64,000 bases of DNA from an uncultured Clostridia bacterium (GCA_947593585.1 CANQDP010000001.1:53381-117380), one strand, 5' to 3'; numbered from the stretch's first letter, positions 9,520 to 17,631 are shown. Program-made: numbers and translations. The notes: generated by a model from the sequence alone, not told the origin.

Positions 9520-10077
9520 TTAATTTTTTAATAAAATATTTTCTTTTTTGTAGAATATTTTATCTAGTTTTGCTAAAACCTTTTTAAAACTTTCATCGTT
9601 GCTAAAAGTGAAAATTGGCTCGCCTTGCAGATACAAGTTTTTAAGTTGTTCATAATCAAAATATTTCACTTCGCTTAACTCATCCTTTTGCAAGGTAAAT
9701 TCGCTTAGTGGGATGTTTGCAATGATGTGATAATAGTTTGAAAAATAGTTTCTTGACCGCGCCAGAGTTATGAGTTTTTTAATTTTATAATTTTTTAAAT
9801 CTATTCCCAACTCTTCTTTAACTTCCCTATATAACGCTTGTTTAATAGTTTCATCTGCATCAACATGCCCAGCCGTTACGCCCCACATGTTTGGGCTAAA
9901 TCGTTTGTTTGGGCTGCGTTTTTGCAAAAGCACGCGCTTGTTTTCCAAATCCAAAATCCACAAACCGACCTGGTCATGCCACAGGTGATTTTCATCCGCC
10001 ACACTGCGCTTTTCAATGCCCAAAAAATTGTGGTGTTCATCATAAACTCTTAAATATTCTTCTTTGTCCGCCGACAT
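9520..10077 (-). CDS. Nudix hydrolase
   Basis: Perfect Nudix box GHVDADETIKQALYREVKEELGI (G-x5-E-x7-REUxEExGU). I moved the start to ATG 10077 (MSADKEE), which has SD AAGGAGAG at 10080-10087. The track start at 10146 would read through the T-box terminator. Confidence 0.85.
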   Translation of the reverse strand: MSADKEEYLRVYDEHHNFLGIEKRSVADENHLWHDQVGLWILDLENKRVLLQKRSPNKRFSPNMWGVTAGHVDADETIKQALYREVKEELGIDLKNYKIKKLITLARSRNYFSNYYHIIANIPLSEFTLQKDELSEVKYFDYEQLKNLYLQGEPIFTFSNDESFKKVLAKLDKIFYKKENILLKN

Positions 10078-10091
10078 AACTCTCCTTAAAT

Positions 10092-10490
10092 AAAAAATCG
10101 CCCAAAGTAAACCTACTTTTAGGGCGATTGGATTTCGCTTTACCACCTAAATTCGCAATCTTCGCGCTTGCTCATTTTTTACGCTGATGCTTCAAAAATT
10201 TCGTCTTTTGCTCGATTGCTCATTTCCCCCACGGCGAAACAAGTTCTTGTGGGGGCTCCGAGATTTTAATCTTCGCACTTGCTCATTTTTTACGCTGACG
10301 CTTCAAAAATTCAATTTTTGCTAGACTGCCTCATTACATTTTTACAGTTTTGTCTGGCGCAGGTTCGCCCGCGCAACTCGAATGCTGAAATTCATTTGCC
10401 CGCTGAACATAAGCGCCTTTCAGCCACGAGCGCTTTTCTCTACCTGAAACGAACAAACTACTGCACACATCTTCACAGTTTTTATTAAAC
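10092..10490 (-). promoter_or_regulatory. T-box riboswitch leader (candidate Phe specifier) controlling nudix-GNAT-pheS-pheT
   Basis: All elements are on the minus strand. AGAGA box is the complement of 10437-10441. A stem-loop has a GGCUGAAAG-type loop. The candidate specifier UUC followed by A is the complement of 10386-10389. The T-box sequence AAUUUAGGUGGUAAAGCG is the complement of 10136-10153, with a UGGU bulge. The terminator is AAUCGCCC-N18-GGGCGAUU plus a U-run (10092-10129), just upstream of the SD. Confidence 0.75.
10157..10335 (-). repeat. Two 68-nt direct repeats inside the T-box leader (10157-10224 and 10268-10335, period 111 nt)
   Basis: Plus-strand copies are aatcttcgcGcttgctcattttttacgctgaTgcttcaaaaatt... 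and aatcttcgcActtgctcattttttacgctgaCgcttcaaaaatt.... The first 44 nt match at 42/44. The remaining 24 nt are related but need an indel. Confidence 0.85.
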
Positions 10491-10497
10491 TAATTTT

Positions 10498-10526
10498 ATT
10501 ATAATCCAATTTAATATGTTTGTCAA
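10498..10526 (-). promoter_or_regulatory. Consensus sigma-A type promoter of the T-box operon
   Basis: Minus strand TTGACA (complement of 10521-10526), 17 nt spacer, TATAAT (complement of 10498-10503). Confidence 0.7.
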
Positions 10527-10572
10527 CATTTTTAAAATTAAAATAAAATTATGAAAAATATTTTTAAGAAAT

Positions 10573-10678
10573 AAAAAATCGAAAAAATTAATAAAAAATT
10601 TTAAAAAATCAAAAAAATTATGCTAAAATTGCAAAAAATTCATAAAAAATACCGCAAAATTGCAAAATTTAAAAAAAA
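10573..10678. repeat. Phased A-tract array (candidate curved DNA) in a divergent promoter region
   Basis: A4-A8 runs start at 10573, 10582, 10593, 10603, 10611, 10625, 10633, 10644, 10656, 10664 and 10671. The mean spacing is about 10 bp. Confidence 0.6.
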
Positions 10679-10722
10679 TTTTAAAAATTTACAAACAAAT
10701 TTTTGCTAAATTGCAAAAGAGT

Positions 10723-10751
10723 TTGCTTTTTTTGTGAGTTTAGGATAAAAT
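10723..10751 (+). promoter_or_regulatory. Promoter positioned for a leaderless transcript of the 10758 gene
   Basis: TTGCTT (10723-10728), 17 nt spacer, TAAAAT (10746-10751), then 6 nt to ATG 10758. No SD is present. Confidence 0.45.
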
Positions 10752-10757
10752 AAGAAT

Positions 10758-11645
10758 ATGTTGAATTTAATTGTCGCTCCTTATGAGCAGGCGGAAAACG
10801 CAGAGAAATATTGCAAGCGCATAGTGGCATATTTAAAGCAAGAGAAAATTGAATTTGCCGTTTATTTTTCCAACAATCTTGATAGCATTATTGATAGCAT
10901 CAAAGAAGCCCAAGCGATGGGGGAAAATGAATTTGTGGTGATTGGTGATGACGCCACAATTAGCGTGTTTGTGAACGCCGTGAAGGATTTGTCTAAAATC
11001 AAGTTTGGCATTGTGCCCGTGGGCGTTAATGATGACTTTGCAAAATTTTTAGGTCTTAGCCAAAATCCAATTCAAGCAATTAAGGATATTTTATTAAAGC
11101 AGGTTAGTCCGGTTGACTATCTGCTCGTGAACGATTTGAAAGTGGTGAACAATGTATTGGTTGGCGCTAGTGCAGAAGTGTTTGAAAAGTTTAGCCAAAG
11201 CAAGATTAAAAATTTCATCACATTAAAATTTTCGCAAATGAGATATGCCAGCGATTTTGAAGGTGTGCCACTTGTGTTGGATTTCAAAGGCGTTAAGGCA
11301 AAGGAAGAGGTTGTGTTTGAATTGTCAATCGCCAATGGCGGGCTTAAGCAGGGCAAAAAAGTTAGTCCGCTCAGCAATGTTAGTGATGGGCTTTTCAATT
11401 TCAACTATATTGCCCTTCCAGAGAAGAATGATAGAAAGAAATATTTTTCGCTATTCAAAAGCGGTGCGCAAATTTATGAGGACGCCACAAATCAATTTTG
11501 GCTTTCAAGTTTGAAAATCACACAGCCAGATAAAAAGATAAAGGCGCTGATAGATGGGCGCATCTTTAATCTTGAAGAAATTAATGTGCAAATTGTGGAA
11601 AATGGGCTGAAACTATATAGAAATCTTTCAGGCAACGAACAATAA
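10758..11645 (+). CDS. Diacylglycerol/lipid kinase catalytic-domain family protein (YegS/BmrU-like) with a degenerate glycine motif
   Basis: 295-aa ORF with the overall layout of the DAGK_cat family. The position of the usual GGDGT motif reads GDDAT (10944-10958). Confidence 0.5.
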   Translation: MLNLIVAPYEQAENAEKYCKRIVAYLKQEKIEFAVYFSNNLDSIIDSIKEAQAMGENEFVVIGDDATISVFVNAVKDLSKIKFGIVPVGVNDDFAKFLGLSQNPIQAIKDILLKQVSPVDYLLVNDLKVVNNVLVGASAEVFEKFSQSKIKNFITLKFSQMRYASDFEGVPLVLDFKGVKAKEEVVFELSIANGGLKQGKKVSPLSNVSDGLFNFNYIALPEKNDRKKYFSLFKSGAQIYEDATNQFWLSSLKITQPDKKIKALIDGRIFNLEEINVQIVENGLKLYRNLSGNEQ

Positions 11646-11658
11646 CTAAGGAAAGTTT

Positions 11659-12906
11659 ATGGAAATGATAATTTTGGGAGCAATATTGGGCGGAGTGTGG
11701 CTTGTGTCCATAGTCATTTTTGCCGTGCTTTTAAAGAAAAAAACGGGCGGACCGACAGCCGACTTAAATCAAATTTTGCAACGAATTAAGGACGAAAACG
11801 CTTCGCTTCAAGCATTATTTTTGCAAGCGTCTAAAAATGTTGAATTGTCATCCCAAAATTCAATTAATAACTTAACTGTTGTGCAAAAACAAGAATTCGA
11901 GGCAATTTCTAAGCGTGTTAATGACCTAATTTTTAGAAATGAAGATAGAATAGACAAGTTAACTCTTCAAATCAATCAATCTCTCACAACCATGCGCGAA
12001 GAGAACGAAAAATCGCTCGAAAAAATGCGCGAAACAGTGGACGAGAAATTAAATTCTTCGCTATCTCAACGCCTTAATGAGAGCTTTAGCAAAATTCAGC
12101 AAAGCCTAGAAGGTGTAACTCTTGGGTTAGGTGAAATGCGCAATTTGGCAGTGGGCGTGGGAGATTTGAAAAAGGTGCTTTCAAATGTGAAAAATCGCGG
12201 TGTGTGGGGAGAAGTGATGCTCTCCACACTGCTAGAGCAGATGCTTGCACCAAGCCAATTCAAAGCACAAGTGCAAATTAAAAAGGATAGTGCCGAAAAA
12301 GTGGATTTTGCAGTGGTGTTGCCGGGCAAAGACGGGCACGAAGTTTATTTGCCTATTGATAGCAAATTTCCGTTGGAAGATTATAACAAGTTAGTTGATG
12401 TGGCAGACACATTAGATAAAACTGCAATTGAAAAGGCGCAAAAGCAACTCTATAAAAGGATTAAAGACGAAGCCAAGTCCATTAAAGAAAAATACATATC
12501 CGTGCCAGACACCACAGATTTTGCCGTGATGTTTTTGCCTGTGGAAGGGCTTTATGCAGAAGTGGTGCGCACTCCCGAGCTTATGGACACTCTTCAAAAT
12601 GAGTATAAAATTTTGGTGTGTGGGCCAACCACGCTCTCTGCCTTGCTGAATAGCCTACAATTAGGGTTTAAAACTCTTCACATTCAAAAGCGCAGCAGTG
12701 AAATTTGGCAGTTCTTAATAAGTTTGAAAAAGGAATTCAAAATCTACCTAGATTTAATTGCCAAATCGCAAGGCAAACTCGGAGAGGCCACAAACAAACT
12801 TGAAGAAGCAGCAAAATCTTCGCAAAAAATTGCAAAGCAATTAAATAATGTTAGCGAAATTGTTGGTATTGAAGATGCTGATGACGAACAGGATAAAAAT
12901 AAATAA
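11659..12906 (+). CDS. rmuC: DNA recombination protein RmuC
   Basis: 415-aa ORF with an N-terminal TM helix, a long coiled coil, and the conserved RmuC core (GVWGEVMLSTLLEQML..., VDFAVVLPG...YLPIDSKFPLEDY, FAVMFLPVEGLYAEV). SD AAGGAAAG lies upstream. Confidence 0.85.
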   Translation: MEMIILGAILGGVWLVSIVIFAVLLKKKTGGPTADLNQILQRIKDENASLQALFLQASKNVELSSQNSINNLTVVQKQEFEAISKRVNDLIFRNEDRIDKLTLQINQSLTTMREENEKSLEKMRETVDEKLNSSLSQRLNESFSKIQQSLEGVTLGLGEMRNLAVGVGDLKKVLSNVKNRGVWGEVMLSTLLEQMLAPSQFKAQVQIKKDSAEKVDFAVVLPGKDGHEVYLPIDSKFPLEDYNKLVDVADTLDKTAIEKAQKQLYKRIKDEAKSIKEKYISVPDTTDFAVMFLPVEGLYAEVVRTPELMDTLQNEYKILVCGPTTLSALLNSLQLGFKTLHIQKRSSEIWQFLISLKKEFKIYLDLIAKSQGKLGEATNKLEEAAKSSQKIAKQLNNVSEIVGIEDADDEQDKNK

Positions 12907-12939
12907 TCACAAATAAAAATCGACAAAATATCACATAAT

Positions 12940-14235
12940 ATGAGCGTGAAAAAATTAATGTTTGCAGCCTTTTTAATATTAGCATTAATTTTAACGCTCA
13001 CACCAAAAATTGAAGCGGTTGAAGCAGCAGGATTTGAGCGCGTTGACTTTTTGTGTGATGAAAAAATTTTCAGCTATGAGCTGGCGCAAAACATAAAAAA
13101 GAGCAGTCAATTTGACCGCAATTATGAGATAAACAAATATAATAGATTTTCTTCAAAAGAAGAAAGAAAAGCGCTCTTAAAAAGAATGCTAAATGCGGGG
13201 ATTGAAAAATCGGTTGCCGTTGAATATCTTTTTCCAAACATAACTAAATTGATTTCAAAAATGGAAAAGGTGGTTTTTGTTGAAGCGAAAAATGCCACGA
13301 TTAGCGTAAACACTTCAAGCGAGCAGGTTTTTAAAATCGGCAAAGAGCGATATGGCAAAGAATTAAACAAACCGGCACTCTTTGATAGTTTCATTGAAAA
13401 ATATCTTAACGACAAAGAAATGGTGCTCACACTGCCCACAAATCAAATTGTGCCAGAAAAATTTAAGGCGGACTATGAAAAATTCACCAATCTAAGGGCA
13501 GATTTTTCAACCAACATTGCAAGTTCTAGCCCAGATAGAAAGCACAACATCAAAAACGCACTAAACAGTTTAAATAAGATTGAATTGATGCCCAATCAAA
13601 TTTTTTCATTCAATAAAGCGGTGGGCAGAAGAACGGCAGAAAATGGCTATCGCGAAGCAAAAATAATTGTGAATAATGAGTTTGTGGACGGTTTGGGCGG
13701 TGGAGTGTGCCAAGTGTCCACCACGCTTTACAATTCCGCTCTCCTCGCGGGGTTAGAGATCGTGGAAGCCAACAAACACAGCAAACAGGTGAATTATGTT
13801 AAATATGGCTTTGACGCCATGGTCAATTTTGGAAGCAGTGATTTAAAATTTAGAAACAACACAAATCAAAAGATAACAATCATCACAAACTTTTCACCAA
13901 CCCGTGCCCGCATTCGCATTTTTGGCGAAAAACCAGGCGAAGAAATAAAATTGACAAATGAGATTGTTAGCGTAACCGAGCCACAAGAAGAAATTGTGGT
14001 GGACGAAAAAGAAGAATATAAAGATAAGGTGCAATATGAGGACGAAAGTTTCTATCTTAAAAAGCCGGTGAAAGGCATGGAAATTAAATCGTATCGTGAG
14101 CACTATAAAAACGGGGAGTTGGTGAAGAAAGAGCTTTTAAGGTTCGATAAATTTAAGGTGCAAAATGCGGTTAAGGTTGTGGGTGCGAAAAGGCGCGAGC
14201 CTATTGCTGCCGACCTTTTTATGGCCTTTGGCTAA
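12940..14235 (+). CDS. VanW-family protein with signal peptide
   Basis: 431-aa ORF. N-terminal signal-like MSVKKLMFAAFLILALILTLTP and a VanW core FSFNKAVGRRTAENGYREAKIIVNNEFVDGLGGGVCQVSTTLYNSALLAGLEIVEANKHS. Confidence 0.85.
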   Translation: MSVKKLMFAAFLILALILTLTPKIEAVEAAGFERVDFLCDEKIFSYELAQNIKKSSQFDRNYEINKYNRFSSKEERKALLKRMLNAGIEKSVAVEYLFPNITKLISKMEKVVFVEAKNATISVNTSSEQVFKIGKERYGKELNKPALFDSFIEKYLNDKEMVLTLPTNQIVPEKFKADYEKFTNLRADFSTNIASSSPDRKHNIKNALNSLNKIELMPNQIFSFNKAVGRRTAENGYREAKIIVNNEFVDGLGGGVCQVSTTLYNSALLAGLEIVEANKHSKQVNYVKYGFDAMVNFGSSDLKFRNNTNQKITIITNFSPTRARIRIFGEKPGEEIKLTNEIVSVTEPQEEIVVDEKEEYKDKVQYEDESFYLKKPVKGMEIKSYREHYKNGELVKKELLRFDKFKVQNAVKVVGAKRREPIAADLFMAFG

Positions 14236-15256
14236 TTGGGTAGACATCATATCCTGACAAAGCGGCTTTGTATTCGCTCAAAGAGTTGTCTGGTACATAA
14301 ATGTTGCATGTTCGCTCTGGATGGAAAAACATCGAACCAATTTTTGGAGGAGTTGTGGCTAAAAATGTTATCGTCTTTGTTCTGAAAATTTTGCCTGGGC
14401 CTGTATAAAATGCCATTTCAGCGATATCGGTAACCGTTGACGGAATCACAACATTGTTGAATGAAGTGTTATAGAACGCACCCATGGCAAGGGTTTTTAT
14501 GTTTGGGGGCAAGGTGAAATCGCTATTAAACAAATACCCCGAAATTGAACTTTGTGCGAGGGTGTCTATTTTTACTGTTTCGGGGATGACCAATTTTTCA
14601 AACTCCTGCTGAGTTTCCGTGCGAATTGCCGAGTCTTCCATTTTTTTCACATATTTTGGCAAAATAATGGAATTTTCTATGCTTGTTATGTTGGCGAAAC
14701 ACGCTGATGATAAATTTTCCAAAGAATCTGGAAAAGCTGCCAAATTCACTCCTTTGCAACCTTGAAAGCTAGCTTGCTTTGCGGTTTGAAGTTTGGTTAG
14801 GCTTTCAAAATTTTTTATGGTGATGTCCCCGTTAGACAGGGCGAATGCGCCAACGCTGACGGTGTCTGGGTTGAGCCAAATATTCATCTTATATGGCACA
14901 TTGTAGAATTGATAACTTTTGACATTTATCACCTCATCTGGAAAGTGAAAATCAAGCTCTTTATCATAAGACGAGGGGTGGACATCGTTATAAACAAACA
15001 TATCTAGTGCAACTCCACTCATAGTGCCTTCCACAAATTCTGCGGACGAATTTAAAAAGGTCTTGCCTTTTGCAACATCTTCTGGGGTTGCCGTTATTCT
15101 AGACAAATCCAACCCAAAAGGAACGATAGAATTTATTCCTTCTGTAATTTCGCTTGGGCTGGGATTAGACCCTCCAATCACCACTTTCCCGCCTTTTTCT
15201 TCGATTGCCTCTTTTTGCTTAACAAGTTCATGTTTTAATTCTTCAATTCTTTCCAT
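14219..15256 (-). CDS. BspA-type leucine-rich-repeat protein with N-terminal coiled coil and no signal peptide
   Basis: 345-aa ORF with repeated F..C..L..I.IP..V..I...AF units (e.g. LVIPETVKIDTLAQSSISG, FTLPPNIKTLAMGAFYNTSFNNVVIPSTVTDIAEMAFY). The N-terminus is MERIEELKHELVKQKEAIEEKGGKV. Confidence 0.7.
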   Translation of the reverse strand: MERIEELKHELVKQKEAIEEKGGKVVIGGSNPSPSEITEGINSIVPFGLDLSRITATPEDVAKGKTFLNSSAEFVEGTMSGVALDMFVYNDVHPSSYDKELDFHFPDEVINVKSYQFYNVPYKMNIWLNPDTVSVGAFALSNGDITIKNFESLTKLQTAKQASFQGCKGVNLAAFPDSLENLSSACFANITSIENSIILPKYVKKMEDSAIRTETQQEFEKLVIPETVKIDTLAQSSISGYLFNSDFTLPPNIKTLAMGAFYNTSFNNVVIPSTVTDIAEMAFYTGPGKIFRTKTITFLATTPPKIGSMFFHPERTCNIYVPDNSLSEYKAALSGYDVYPISQRP

Positions 15257-15434
15257 TTTCCCCTCCTAAAACATAATTGCCGTCTAAAATGTCGGCCAAA
15301 TCCTCTTCAAAAATGTAAGTGCCGTTCAAAATAAAATCTAGTTCATTTTCAATATATAAAACTTTATAGTATTTTTCAATTCTCTTTTCTAGGGCATTGA
15401 GCCGCTTGAAAAGGATTTCAATCAAATTATCCAT
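15243..15434 (-). CDS. Small hypothetical protein (63 aa) overlapping the LRR gene start by 14 nt
   Basis: ORF only. Its position and overlap suggest co-translation with the LRR gene. I do not recognise a family. Confidence 0.35.
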   Translation of the reverse strand: MDNLIEILFKRLNALEKRIEKYYKVLYIENELDFILNGTYIFEEDLADILDGNYVLGGENGKN

Positions 15435-15626
15435 AAAATTCTCTCCCGCTTAAATATATCATCAACTCTTGCAATTTTGCCAAAAACCTGCCAAAAACTA
15501 AAAATTTTTGCAGATTTTGATGATTTTTTGATGATATTTTTAAAATTTTAAATAAAATTTGCAAATTTTTGAAATTTGATTTGCAAAAAATTTTTTTTAA
15601 TGATAAACTGAAAATGGGAGATAATT

Positions 15627-16235
15627 ATGGCTAAAAATTTAAAATTGTTTTTCGTGTTGGCGTTCGCTTTCACAGGCATTTCAATAGCGTGGAGCTCACT
15701 AGCATCAAGTTTTTTGGGCGTTGGGGTCAACTTCGTGGCTATGGCGGTGATTTTCGCCGTTGTGCTTCTATTCTTCTGTTCAGATAAAGATTTGAGGGTT
15801 AGGGTGAAAGATATGTTCATTGTGGCAGCTGTGTTGCTTGCACTTGAATTTATCGTGTTTGTTGTAACTGGGCTATTTGATTTTGAATTGAGCGTTGGAG
15901 CAATCAAAGCGTTTAGAATAATTCAAAATGTCATTTCCGTGCTTGCACTTTTGTTCTTCGCTTATATCACCTTTAGAATGATTGCCGAAGCCAAAGGCAC
16001 AAAGATCCACTTCGTTGAGCTTATGCTTGGCACAGAAAAAAAGGAAAAGAAAGTGAAAAAGGCAAAAGAGCTTTCAAACGGCACATTGCTTGAAAAGCCA
16101 AAGCACAAAATAGAAGAGGAAGAAAGGTCCAACTATTCAACTGTTACGCAAACAGAGCAGACCGTTGAGCCAGTTAGGTCCAAATTTAGCGAAACAGAGC
16201 AAGTTCAAAAAAATGATGAACACAGTGAAAACTAG
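15627..16235 (+). CDS. Hypothetical membrane protein (about 4 TM helices, acidic/Lys-rich tail)
   Basis: 202-aa ORF with SD GGGAG at 15616-15620, hydrophobic helices in the first ~125 aa, and a terminator directly downstream. Confidence 0.5.
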   Translation: MAKNLKLFFVLAFAFTGISIAWSSLASSFLGVGVNFVAMAVIFAVVLLFFCSDKDLRVRVKDMFIVAAVLLALEFIVFVVTGLFDFELSVGAIKAFRIIQNVISVLALLFFAYITFRMIAEAKGTKIHFVELMLGTEKKEKKVKKAKELSNGTLLEKPKHKIEEEERSNYSTVTQTEQTVEPVRSKFSETEQVQKNDEHSEN

Positions 16236-16257
16236 GGCAATTTAGCCCTATTTTTAT
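16234..16257 (+). terminator. Rho-independent terminator
   Basis: Stem tagggc (16234-16239) / gcccta (16246-16251) followed by ttttt. Confidence 0.65.
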
Positions 16258-16292
16258 TTGCTTTGTTTTTGGTGAAAATTTTTAAAAAACTG

Positions 16293-16321
16293 TTGACAAG
16301 TGAATAATTTTATGTTAATAT
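16293..16321 (+). promoter_or_regulatory. Sigma-A type promoter for rpmG-secE-nusG
   Basis: TTGACA (16293-16298), 17 nt spacer, TAATAT (16316-16321), with a TGn extended -10 (16313-16315). Confidence 0.6.
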
Positions 16322-16431
16322 ATAATTAGCACTTGAAAGGGTGTTTTTTTAAAGCCCTTTTTAAATTAACCTAAATTTAGCGGTTGCTAATTGATTGGTT
16401 TAATTTTAAATGCGTATAAAAGGAGATAGTT

Positions 16432-16602
16432 ATGGCAAAAGCAAAAAAATCCAAAAGAGAAAACATCACTCTTGAATGCCCAGTTTGCAAGAATAGGAAT
16501 TACACAAGTTCTAAAAACAAGGCAAACGACCCTGAAAGATTAGAAATTAAAAAATATTGTCCAACTTGCAAAAAGACCACTGCCCACAAAGAAACAAAAT
16601 AG
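16432..16602 (+). CDS. rpmG: 50S ribosomal protein L33 (not in the ORF track; 56 aa)
   Basis: My translation is [56 protein letters not shown]. It has two CxxC pairs and the NY.(T/S).KN...P.RLE.KKYCP.C signature of L33. SD AAGGAG lies at 16420-16425. Confidence 0.9.
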   Translation: MAKAKKSKRENITLECPVCKNRNYTSSKNKANDPERLEIKKYCPTCKKTTAHKETK

Positions 16603-16610
16603 GAGTGAAC

Positions 16611-17003
16611 ATGGCAAATAAGAATAAAAAGAAATCCAATCAAAAGGCTAATGCCTTAAAGGCAGAAGAGGTTAAGCAAGAGGAAGCGCAAAGCCTTGCA
16701 GAGCAGGTTGTGCCTGAGGCTGAGGCGAGCGCACCGGCAGAGAAGGAAAAATCCGGCAAAGCCGTTGAAGTGAAAGCCAAGGATGTGGATAAGAAAAAGA
16801 AGAAAGATAAGCCTAAAAAACCAAACAAAATGGTTAAGGCAATTAAGGACACAGGCAGCGAACTTAAAAAGGTAACATGGCCAACTTTCGGCAAGGTTGT
16901 GAAGCAAACAGGCATCGTCTTGGTGGTTGTGTTGGTTTTTGCTTTGGTTTTGCTCGGGCTAGACTTTGTGTGCATGCACTTAGTTGAATTGCTTGTGAAG
17001 TAA
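16611..17003 (+). CDS. secE: Preprotein translocase subunit SecE with a long Lys/Glu/Ala-rich N-terminal extension
   Basis: The C-terminal 55 aa (IKDTGSELKKVTWPTFGKVVKQTGIVLVVVLVFALVLLGLDF) match the SecE core and TM helix. I chose the start ATG 16611 (SD AGGAG at 16601-16605) over the track start 16557, which overlaps rpmG. Confidence 0.85.
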   Translation: MANKNKKKSNQKANALKAEEVKQEEAQSLAEQVVPEAEASAPAEKEKSGKAVEVKAKDVDKKKKKDKPKKPNKMVKAIKDTGSELKKVTWPTFGKVVKQTGIVLVVVLVFALVLLGLDFVCMHLVELLVK

Positions 17004-17017
17004 TCTAAGGAGGTATT

Positions 17018-17575
17018 ATGGCTATTATAGACAACAATAGAGATAGAGAGCCGCATTGGTATGCATTGCATGTGTATTCTGGCTATGAGAATGTGGCAAA
17101 GCAAAACTTGGAAAACACAATCGACAAATTCGGCTTGCAAGATAGAATTTTCGATATTATAATTCCTATGGAAGATGTGTTAGTGGAAAAGCGTGGCAAA
17201 AAGGTGCTTGTGCCTAAAAAGACCATGCCAGGATATATGCTCGTTAAAATGATGTATGGCGATGACATTTGGCACGCCGTTACAAACACACAATATGTCA
17301 ACAGTTTTGTTGGCCCAAAGGGTAGGCCCGTTCCAATCACAGACGAAGAAGCAAGAAGAATGGGCGTCTATGGTGGCACGGGCGAAGTTAAGGTTGAGCT
17401 TGATGTGAAAGTTGGCGACCTTATTGAAATTCTTGAAGGCTCACTTGCAAGTTTCGTTGGCACAGTTAAATCAGTTGATGCGGCAAATCAAAAGGTTGTG
17501 GCATTGGTTGAAATGTTTGGGAAAGACAACGAGGTGGAATTAGGCTTCAATCAAATTAGAGTTAGCAGAAATTAG
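17018..17575 (+). CDS. nusG: Transcription termination/antitermination factor NusG
   Basis: 185-aa ORF with the NGN domain (HWYALHVYSGYENVAKQNLE, MPGYMLVKM) and a KOW motif (VGDLIEILEGSLASFVGTVKSVD). It follows secE as usual. Confidence 0.95.
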   Translation: MAIIDNNRDREPHWYALHVYSGYENVAKQNLENTIDKFGLQDRIFDIIIPMEDVLVEKRGKKVLVPKKTMPGYMLVKMMYGDDIWHAVTNTQYVNSFVGPKGRPVPITDEEARRMGVYGGTGEVKVELDVKVGDLIEILEGSLASFVGTVKSVDAANQKVVALVEMFGKDNEVELGFNQIRVSRN

Positions 17576-17599
17576 TTTGGGTTTGACCCAAACTTTTTT
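17575..17599 (+). terminator. Rho-independent terminator after nusG
   Basis: Stem gtttggg (17575-17581) / cccaaac (17587-17593) followed by tttttt. Confidence 0.7.
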
Positions 17600-17631
17600 A
17601 CTAAAATTTGCCAAAAAACATATATCTTAAT

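Noticed and set aside
10279-10488. 69-aa plus-strand ORF upstream of the nudix gene
   Set aside because: It lies entirely inside the minus-strand T-box leader, and there is no SD. The region is better explained as regulatory RNA.
10500-10757. Possible CRISPR-like or tandem-repeat array in the highly repetitive AT-rich spacers (also 15440-15620, 38160-38460, 48780-49250)
   Set aside because: There is no constant repeat unit alternating with unique spacers. The repetition is due to A/T-tract low complexity and short words such as ttgcaaaa/aaaaatt.
16557-17140. Track start 16557 for secE, and the 166-aa and 83-aa minus-strand ORFs at 16640-17140
   Set aside because: A start at 16557 would overlap the L33 coding sequence, while ATG 16611 has an SD. 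The minus-strand ORFs are antisense to secE and nusG.
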